Shown piece after piece: positions 55,414 through 62,270 of a DNA stretch of 64,000 nucleotides. The stretch's first letter is position 1; every line of letters begins with the position of its first letter. The stretch is from the NCBI GenBank assembly GCA_013377005.1, contig JACABE010000017.1, forward strand, positions 9,096-73,095, read 5' to 3'. Origin of the DNA: Bacteroidota bacterium (GTDB lineage Bacteria; Bacteroidota; Bacteroidia; Bacteroidales; JACABE01). Below the pieces are notes generated by a model. The model saw only the letters and a program-made list of their open reading frames with translations, made no database searches and was not told where the DNA came from. The translations under genes were made by a program, and so were the position numbers.

Positions 55414-55569
55414 ATGAAATTTTGGAAAATATTTTGGAAAATATTTGCATGGTTGTTTAAACTTGCCCTTAAATTATTCTTTCTTCTTCTCTGGGCATCA
55501 TTAAGTATTACAGAAATCATACTACACCATGTAAATGAATACCTGAAAAAATTATCAACTCATAAATAA
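55414..55569 (+). CDS. 51-aa hydrophobic peptide upstream of the coupling protein
   Basis: Not in the ORF track. MKFWKIFWKIFAWLFKLALKLFFLLLWASLSITEIILHHVNEYLKKLSTHK. Gaps of 12 nt and 10 nt to its neighbours. Confidence 0.4.
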   Translation: MKFWKIFWKIFAWLFKLALKLFFLLLWASLSITEIILHHVNEYLKKLSTHK

Positions 55570-55579
55570 TAAACTTACT

Positions 55580-57019
55580 ATGGAAATAATTACACATCTT
55601 TTTACAACAGTTATTGAAATCATTGGCGATATTTTCAAATTTTTCTTTGAAGCTATTGAACTAATCTTTTCAAAAAACAATAAGGAGTATAAAGCTGACT
55701 TTGCATCAGCAGGGATTTTACTTTCAAGATTCAATTACGGCTTTTGTCTGACGGGAAGCAAAAGCCTTAGCCGAAAGGATTCTTATCAAAATACTTTGGT
55801 GATAGGCGGCACGGGCGTTGGTAAAACGTCCGTAGTTTTGGTTCCCAGTATTTTTAAAATGAGGGGAAGCTTTGTAATTCATGATCCATCAGGAGAACTC
55901 TATGTTAAGAGTGCAGGCTATTTAAAACAAAAAGGCTATCAGATTAAAGTATTGAATTTTACCAATCCTGATAAATCATCAGGATATAATCCCTTGCAAA
56001 GAATTAATACTACTTCCGATATACAGAAGGTAGCTTCCATGTTAGTAGAAACTGCTTTGGGCGGAAAAGCAAAAGATCCATTCTGGAATATTCAGGCGAT
56101 ATCTTTGCTTGCAATGTTGATTACTATATTAAAAAAGCAGGGTAGTGAATATCAAAATCTGTATAATGTCCGTCAATTACTTAATCGCTTGGGTGGAGAT
56201 CCTCAATCTGTCGATGCTTTGTTTAGCGAATTTGCCGATGAAATATTATTTGCCGAATACAAAAGCTTTTTAAGTTTTGATGAAAAGGTCATAAGCGGAG
56301 TCATAGCCACCTGTAAAGCTTCCTTACAAATTTTCAGTGACGATGCCGTGGCAAAAGTAACTTCTTTTGATAATCTAGATTTTCAAGAATTCAGGGACAT
56401 TCCTACTGCTTTGTATATTCAGAACTCGGTGGCTGATCAAAAATATTACAGCGTGTTAACCTCAATATTTTTTGAACAGTTTTTCTCTTTTCTGTTGGGT
56501 CGTTTTCCAACTCAAACAGAACAGGATATTTTCCTGTTGATTGATGAGGCAAGTTCTCTGAACCTTCCAACTTTGCCATTGGCGGTTGCCAATGTCAGAA
56601 AACACCGCTCAGGCATTATGCTGTTGGTGCAGGATTTCAATCAACTGATACATAATTATGGTAAATATGATGCAGATGGCATCAAAGCCAATTGTTTTGC
56701 CAAGATGTATTTCACAGGACAATCCTTGGAAACTTCTACAGAATTGGAAAAGACTTTAGGTAAATATGAATACAAAGATAAAGAAGGACATAAGGTTATT
56801 CGTAGTTTAATGACCAGTGATGAAGTTCGTATGATGAATATTAAAAGAGCCTTGCTCATCTGCGGTCATCATCCTCCGATCAAAGCGAGATTAAGACCCT
56901 ATTACAAAAATAGTAAGTTCAGGAATTATAGTAATATCCTAATTCCTGAAACGGAGAACAAAGGTTTGGAAAGTGTTGCTGTATTACCAATAAATCTAAA
57001 AAGGAACAAAGATGAGTAA
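55580..57019 (+). CDS. type IV coupling protein (TraG/VirD4/TraD family)
   Basis: 479 aa. N-terminal hydrophobic segment, Walker A GGTGVGKTS, Walker B LLIDEASSL, and a FTGQS...LG region typical of T4CPs. Confidence 0.85.
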   Translation: MEIITHLFTTVIEIIGDIFKFFFEAIELIFSKNNKEYKADFASAGILLSRFNYGFCLTGSKSLSRKDSYQNTLVIGGTGVGKTSVVLVPSIFKMRGSFVIHDPSGELYVKSAGYLKQKGYQIKVLNFTNPDKSSGYNPLQRINTTSDIQKVASMLVETALGGKAKDPFWNIQAISLLAMLITILKKQGSEYQNLYNVRQLLNRLGGDPQSVDALFSEFADEILFAEYKSFLSFDEKVISGVIATCKASLQIFSDDAVAKVTSFDNLDFQEFRDIPTALYIQNSVADQKYYSVLTSIFFEQFFSFLLGRFPTQTEQDIFLLIDEASSLNLPTLPLAVANVRKHRSGIMLLVQDFNQLIHNYGKYDADGIKANCFAKMYFTGQSLETSTELEKTLGKYEYKDKEGHKVIRSLMTSDEVRMMNIKRALLICGHHPPIKARLRPYYKNSKFRNYSNILIPETENKGLESVAVLPINLKRNKDE

Positions 57020-57596
57020 TACAAAGAAACACCAGAGCGGAATGTGGGAATATTTGGATTCAACTGGTGTACTTGAATGGGGAAATGATGAAGCAATTAA
57101 AAAGGCAAAGAAAGCCTATCGAAAAATATATTTTACAAAACAGAAAAGAAAACAAAGGGCTGTAAAAAGAGAATTTACAATTAGATTTTCTAAAGAAAAC
57201 GGAGAATTTATTAAAATAGCCCACGAAGCCAAACAGCATAATTTAAAAATTACTGAATTTCTTAAATCAGCTGTTATGGCATACATCAATCAAACCTTTG
57301 TTATTCCAGACCATTGGCAGGTAGCAGAATTAGAGTTGTTGTTATCCCAGTGCTTAAATGAAATTCAAACCATCGTAAAACAAAAGGAAAGATACAGTTT
57401 CGACAGGGAATACAAATATGAACTCATTGAAAAAAGAATTGAAAAATTGGAATCTGAAATTCATTTAGTATTAAAAAACCCTTATACCATTGAGGAAATA
57501 GTTATCAGAGGAATAGAAGAAAAACCGTCATTAAAAGAACAATTGCTTACTATTCTTACAAACCATAAAAATGATTATCAAAATCAAATCACATAA
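57012..57596 (+). CDS. relaxosome accessory protein (MobC-type ribbon-helix-helix)
   Basis: REFTIRFSKENGEFIKIAHEAKQHNLKITEFLKSAVMAYI fits the RHH accessory motif. The ORF overlaps both the T4CP stop and the relaxase start. Confidence 0.6.
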   Translation: MSNTKKHQSGMWEYLDSTGVLEWGNDEAIKKAKKAYRKIYFTKQKRKQRAVKREFTIRFSKENGEFIKIAHEAKQHNLKITEFLKSAVMAYINQTFVIPDHWQVAELELLLSQCLNEIQTIVKQKERYSFDREYKYELIEKRIEKLESEIHLVLKNPYTIEEIVIRGIEEKPSLKEQLLTILTNHKNDYQNQIT

Positions 57597-58422
57597 AACT
57601 AAAAATTCATTTCAGAAATTGCTTAATTACATGCTTTATGACAAAGACCGACTATTTGATGAAAAGGGATATAGCTTTATTGTATCTCACAACCTGAAAG
57701 GAAATGATATTAACGAATGGATAAAGCAATATCAGGATAATGAACAGTACAGGCGATTAAAAAGAGTGAATTCAGTTTTATTAACGCATGAGATTATCAG
57801 TTTTCATAAGGATGATGCTACAAACATTTCGTTGGAAAAGCTCGAAGATATAGCTAGACAATATATTAGACAGCGGAATATAAACGGGATGTATGTGGCA
57901 GTACCCCATTTTGACAAAGAACATTATCATATTCACATTTGTGCTTCGGGGATTGAATACAGGACAGGTAAAGCCATGCGATTATCAAAAACCGAATTAT
58001 TGAGTGTAAAGAAAGAAATACAGAATTACCAGATTGAAAAATACCCTGAATTAAGCAAATCACTGGTAAATCACGGAAACGAAAAAAAAGAATATGCCCT
58101 CTCTGATAAGGAATACAAATACAAAGAAAGAACAGGGAGGGCTTCCGACAAAGAACAATTAATCGGCATGATGAAAACTTGCTACAAAAAAGCAGATTCA
58201 AAAGATGATTTTTATGAAAATTTAAAAGCTTGCGGATTAACCACCTATATCAGAGGGGGGAAGATATCCGGAATAGTTTTTAATGATAAGAAATTCAGGA
58301 TAAATCGTCTGGGATTTACGGATGAAAGATTAGAAGAACTGAATAAATCAATCAACCGAGGTAAAGAAATAGGCGAATTAAGAGAAAAGTCAAATGAAAA
58401 AATTATTAATCGTAATAGATAA
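57571..58422 (+). CDS. relaxase/mobilization nuclease domain protein
   Basis: 283 aa with N-terminal MIIKIKS. The histidine triad context HFDKEHYHIHI (HxDxxxHxH) is typical of PF03432-type relaxases. Confidence 0.85.
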   Translation: MIIKIKSHKTKNSFQKLLNYMLYDKDRLFDEKGYSFIVSHNLKGNDINEWIKQYQDNEQYRRLKRVNSVLLTHEIISFHKDDATNISLEKLEDIARQYIRQRNINGMYVAVPHFDKEHYHIHICASGIEYRTGKAMRLSKTELLSVKKEIQNYQIEKYPELSKSLVNHGNEKKEYALSDKEYKYKERTGRASDKEQLIGMMKTCYKKADSKDDFYENLKACGLTTYIRGGKISGIVFNDKKFRINRLGFTDERLEELNKSINRGKEIGELREKSNEKIINRNR

Positions 58423-58430
58423 TTATCATT

Positions 58431-59408
58431 ATGCAAAATCAAATTTCAAATAATAAAATAACTGACGTTTATACTATCGTTACCAATCGTGTCATTGAAC
58501 ATCTTGAAAAAGGTGTAGTTCCATGGCACAAGACCTGGACGGAAGCAGGTTTGCCAAAGAATTTAATCACAGGTAAAAATTACCGAGGAATTAATGTTTG
58601 GCTTTTATCAACCCTCAATTATCAACAAAATTATTTTCTTTCTTTCAATCAAGTGAAAGATTTAGGAGGTTCAGTTAAAAAAGGGGAGAAATCACATGAA
58701 GTTATTTTTTGGAAATGGTTAGAAAAGGAAAATGATGAAACCAAAGAAAAAGAAAGAATACCAATGTTGAAATATTACAGGGTTTTTAATATTTCTCAAT
58801 GTGAGGGAATTCCAATTGAAAAAATACCAAAACAAATTGAACGCAATAATAATCCGATTGAAATTTGTGAGAAAGTTGTTAATGAGATGCCTCTAAGACC
58901 AAGAATACAGCATAACGAACAAAGAGCTTACTACAACAGATTAAACGATTTTGTGAATATGCCTAAAATAGAAACTTTTGATAAAAGTGAAGATTATTAC
59001 GGAGCATTGTTTCATGAATTGGTTCATAGTACAGGACATGGTGAAAGGCTAAATCGCAAAGAGTTATTGGAAAGTAAGGGTATGCGAACTGATAAATACG
59101 CCATTGAAGAATTAACTGCTGAAATGGGAGCTTCTTATCTTAAATCTCATGCAGGGATTCCGATTGAACAGTTGGAAAATAACGCTTCTTATATTCAGCA
59201 TTGGTTGGAACATTTAAAAAATGACAAGAAATTTATTGTATATGCCAGCTCTCAGGCTCAAAAAGCTACGGATTATATTTTGAATATTAAAAATGAGGAA
59301 AGGGGATTAGGAATGGATGAAGATGGTAGAACTCCGGATAGAAATGAGCAGATTAATGACATTCGAGATAAAAACAAACCAAACAGGAAAGTAGAAATTG
59401 AAAGATAA
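58431..59408 (+). CDS. ardC: ArdC-like protein: ssDNA-binding N-domain (DUF1738) plus zincin metalloprotease domain
   Basis: VPWHKTW, YRGINVWLL and the HELVHSTGH (HExxH) motif, followed by a basic C-terminal tail. Confidence 0.85.
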   Translation: MQNQISNNKITDVYTIVTNRVIEHLEKGVVPWHKTWTEAGLPKNLITGKNYRGINVWLLSTLNYQQNYFLSFNQVKDLGGSVKKGEKSHEVIFWKWLEKENDETKEKERIPMLKYYRVFNISQCEGIPIEKIPKQIERNNNPIEICEKVVNEMPLRPRIQHNEQRAYYNRLNDFVNMPKIETFDKSEDYYGALFHELVHSTGHGERLNRKELLESKGMRTDKYAIEELTAEMGASYLKSHAGIPIEQLENNASYIQHWLEHLKNDKKFIVYASSQAQKATDYILNIKNEERGLGMDEDGRTPDRNEQINDIRDKNKPNRKVEIER

Positions 59409-59580
59409 ATCAGAATGGAAACAAAAGAACAGGCATGTAGCAACTTTATAAAATCAATAGAAAATACTTGAATTATTTTTCAAAAAGATTTGAAAAAATA
59501 AATTTGGTTCTTAAAATTTGGTTACTTTTGTATCAAATGTTTAAAAATAGTATTATGTAATAACCTCTATATAAAATCAT

Positions 59581-59743
59581 AAAAAAGCGTTAGCTTTTAT
59601 TTCTGTATCGGAAATCTGGAAAATTTAAGGTGTACTGAAATAATAAGTAGAACGCTCACGCCTAAGGCGTGGGCTTTTCTTATTTGTACACCGGGCTTTC
59701 CAGAGCCTCCGATACGAAGACAGTTAAGTTCCCACGCTTTTTT
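59581..59743 (+). other. 163-nt imperfect inverted repeat forming a rod-like hairpin, closed by A6GCG / CGCT6
   Basis: Manually paired helices: 59581-89/59735-43 (9 bp), 59605-12/59708-15 (8 bp), 59615-22/59697-704 (8 bp), 59629-35/59686-92 (7 bp), 59642-47/59679-84 (6 bp), and an apical 59654-62/59666-74 (9 bp, 3-nt loop). TAnnTTTG boxes lie at 59499-59506 and 59523-59530 upstream. Confidence 0.6.
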
Positions 59744-59786
59744 ATTTTTACCTATTCAATAAACGTCTCTGGGAATTGGACAACAA

Positions 59787-59865
59787 AAGTGGAGTCCAGA
59801 AACCATTAAAAACGGGGCGTTACCGAAAAGCCAGACGAGTAGGGAAACTTTAAAAATAATATATT
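59787..59865 (+). promoter_or_regulatory. conserved leader motif, copy 1
   Basis: Shares with 60751-60829 the identical blocks AAGTGGAGTCCAGAA, AAAAACGGGGCG, TACCGAAAAGCC and GAGTAGG, in the same order. It ends 22 nt before the ATG. Confidence 0.55.
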
Positions 59866-60726
59866 ATGAGTAAATTAAACTTTAACAAAACATTTTTGTG
59901 TTTTATTTTTTTCTTTGCGTTCATTTATACAAATGGACAGCGATATGACACGCTCTACAATAAAACAATAATCTCTCTTACCAAAATGGGCTTACCAGCT
60001 CAAACAATTATCAGTAAAATAAATACAAGCATAACTTCATTTGATGTCAGCATTAATGCTTTAATGGATTTACAATCGAATGGTGTTAATGGTGAGGTAA
60101 TTAATGTAATGATAAAAAGAAACGACAATGCAAATACCAAAGCAGTAATTAATGTAAATAGTAAAAATCCAAACGAAATGCATCGTCCCGGAATATATTA
60201 TTTTGACCAGAATGATAGAGATAATCCTTTAAAAAGAGTGGATGCAACTGTTACTTCAACAAGTAAATCAGGTGGATTTGGAGTGGCTCTTGCCCAAGCA
60301 TACACTCATGGTATAGCAAATGATAATCTTATTTCAAGTATATCCGGATCCAATAGTCATTTACAGGTAAAAGAGGCAAATCTTACTTTTTATTTCTATT
60401 TTGAAAACAATGCAAATCCAAATGCAGAAAACTGGTTTTTTGCAACGGCAACTTCACCCAATGAATTTGTTTGCGTAAAACTTAATGACAAAAGAAATAG
60501 AAGAGAAATGGAAGTTGGAAGTGCCAATGCTTATGGTAGTTCATCCGGAATACCTGATAAAAAAAAGATGCCGTTTGAATATGAACAAATAGCAGAAGGT
60601 ATTTATAAAGTAACTTTCAAAAAACCTCTTAAGAAAGGTGAATATTGCTTGCTTTATGCAAGTGCCACCCCTACACGTTTTTCAAACAATAAGGTATTTG
60701 ATTTCGGTATTATAGATGAAAAATAA
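59866..60726 (+). CDS. hypothetical secreted protein
   Basis: 286 aa with a signal peptide (FLCFIFFFAFIYTNGQ). An N-terminal GLPAQTIISKI...NGVNGEVINVMI tandem helical motif is followed by a beta-rich domain. Confidence 0.6.
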   Translation: MSKLNFNKTFLCFIFFFAFIYTNGQRYDTLYNKTIISLTKMGLPAQTIISKINTSITSFDVSINALMDLQSNGVNGEVINVMIKRNDNANTKAVINVNSKNPNEMHRPGIYYFDQNDRDNPLKRVDATVTSTSKSGGFGVALAQAYTHGIANDNLISSISGSNSHLQVKEANLTFYFYFENNANPNAENWFFATATSPNEFVCVKLNDKRNRREMEVGSANAYGSSSGIPDKKKMPFEYEQIAEGIYKVTFKKPLKKGEYCLLYASATPTRFSNNKVFDFGIIDEK

Positions 60727-60750
60727 CGACCAATAATTTTACATTAAGAT

Positions 60751-60829
60751 AAGTGGAGTCCAGAACCCACCCTAAAAAACGGGGCGGTACCGAAAAGCCT
60801 TATGAGTAGGAAATTTAAAATAAATAAAT
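60751..60829 (+). promoter_or_regulatory. conserved leader motif, copy 2
   Basis: See copy 1. It ends 19 nt before the ATG at 60830. Confidence 0.55.
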
Positions 60830-61651
60830 ATGAAAAGAAAATTATTTTTTATTCTATTATTAGCTCTGGGAGCTGGTAATATTTATGCACAAAAAGGTCT
60901 GAGTTTAGAAATTATCGCTCAACCCGGGATTTCATTTGGTGGGGAATTTGATGTTCTTCAAAATCTCACTTCAACTAATTCATGGACAGCAATGGATAAG
61001 TCATTAACTACTAACATGAATATGGGTGCTGAATTAGGTTATAACTTTGATGATAAGATGGGTGTTAGCATTGGAATGTTATATTCTCATCAAGGACAAA
61101 ATTTTTCAGATTATAGTTGGACTTATAATAATGAACAATATGTTTTTAAAAGAAGTGTATCTTTAAATTATTTAAAAATACCGATTCAATTTAATTACAT
61201 TTCTACTCCTGTAAAAAATATGTCTTTTATTTTCTCTACTGGTTTTTATTTAGGATTTTTGTTGAGCTATACAGATGAAAATACATTTCAATATCCTAAT
61301 GAACCTATACAAATCATTACTGCGAATGGAACTACTTGTACTCAAACTAATGGCACAAAAACAGAAAGTGCAGCCTTCGTTAATGGTAATCCATTTAATT
61401 CATTTGATTTTGGTGGAATTCTATCAGCAGGGCTTCAATTCAAATTGTCGGATAAAATATTTTTACCCCTGATGTTGAATTATCAAATTGGATTTAGTGA
61501 TGTAAAAAACCAAGCTTCACAATTTACACAAAGCAACTCAAGTAATGCGGAATTATTTTGGCAGGGTAGTAATAATAATAGTCCGAATGCAACGCTACCA
61601 TATCATAATTCTTCATTAGGGTTAAAGATTGGGTTGAAAATCACTTTGTAA
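60830..61651 (+). CDS. outer-membrane beta-barrel protein (porin-family/OmpA-like barrel)
   Basis: Signal peptide ending in AQ, alternating hydrophobic beta-strand pattern, and a C-terminal aromatic-poor strand GLKIGLKITL. 273 aa. Confidence 0.65.
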   Translation: MKRKLFFILLLALGAGNIYAQKGLSLEIIAQPGISFGGEFDVLQNLTSTNSWTAMDKSLTTNMNMGAELGYNFDDKMGVSIGMLYSHQGQNFSDYSWTYNNEQYVFKRSVSLNYLKIPIQFNYISTPVKNMSFIFSTGFYLGFLLSYTDENTFQYPNEPIQIITANGTTCTQTNGTKTESAAFVNGNPFNSFDFGGILSAGLQFKLSDKIFLPLMLNYQIGFSDVKNQASQFTQSNSSNAELFWQGSNNNSPNATLPYHNSSLGLKIGLKITL

Positions 61652-61686
61652 TAAAAAATCTTTTATCGGATTAATGATTGGATTAC

Positions 61687-61722
61687 AAAAAAACCGATAG
61701 TTTTATGCTATCGGTTTTTTTT
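61687..61722 (+). terminator. intrinsic terminator
   Basis: AAAAAAACCGATAG-TTTTATG-CTATCGGTTTTTTTT. Confidence 0.75.
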
Positions 61723-61826
61723 AATTAAATGCATGTAGGAATAAAGCAATTGTTATTCTTATTAGGAGCAAAAAAGGGTGCGATTTTATCAAAACTTGTG
61801 CCAAACTATCACTTTTTAAAATAAAC

Positions 61827-61925
61827 GTGACATTTAAGTGATGCTTTTTGGAGGGTGCAGAATTTCAAGCTGTTGCAAGAACAAAATCTACCGATGTCAC
61901 TTAAATGTCACTTAAATGTCATTTT
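61827..61925. repeat. iteron-like repeats: 14-bp inverted pair plus 11-bp tandem units
   Basis: GTGACATTTAAGTG (61827-61840) is the exact reverse complement of CACTTAAATGTCAC (61898-61911). ATGTCACTTAA is repeated in tandem at 61894 and 61905, with a partial third unit. Confidence 0.7.
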
Positions 61926-62270
61926 CTTTGCATTCGCTTTTTTCATAATGTATCTTTGGCTTCATTTTTATAAAAATGTAAATATTTAAATAATTATGCT
62001 TGAAATAAATTGTAATGTTGTAATTGTTTTCAATTGTATTTGTGCTTATTATGACATTTTTCTTTTATTGTTGTTCTTTGCGATTTTTTATATAAATATT
62101 GTTTCAAAAACCACAACAATAAATAATAAAATGCCTTTACTTGCAAATATAGCTTATTGGTATTATTTACGCTGACTGTGGCTGCAACTTATTTAAGTTG
62201 TAGCCATAAATTTAATCATAATTAATTGAATTAAAAATAACAAAGTAAATAATTAAACAAATTAAAAATA

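Noticed and set aside
59581-59743. 6S RNA or retron msr/msd as the identity of the long hairpin.
   Set aside because: There is no large central bubble flanked by long helices as in 6S RNA, and the location is inside a mobile island rather than a housekeeping locus. No reverse transcriptase gene is nearby for a retron.
59787-59865. Possible guanidine-I (ykkC)-type riboswitch, because of the GUCCAGA...ACGGGGCG...AAAAGCC...GAG resemblance to GGUCCGAGAG...ACGGCGGGA..AAAAGCCCGGGAGA.
   Set aside because: The ykkC P1 CUAGGGUUCCG element is absent, the conserved blocks differ at key positions, and the downstream genes are envelope proteins rather than guanidine or nucleotide-related transporters or enzymes. 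The element is kept as an unclassified motif.
61784-61864. GGGTGCGATTTT and GGGTGCAGAATT, considered as inverted partners of the left-end ATTTCCGCACCC repeats, which would define a ~12-kb island ending near 61.9 kb.
   Set aside because: The shared core is only GGGTGC. The same hexamer (as GCACCC) occurs by chance inside unrelated genes at about 21533, 27676, 40389 and 44876. No tRNA-Leu copy or core-site duplication is present near 61.9 kb.
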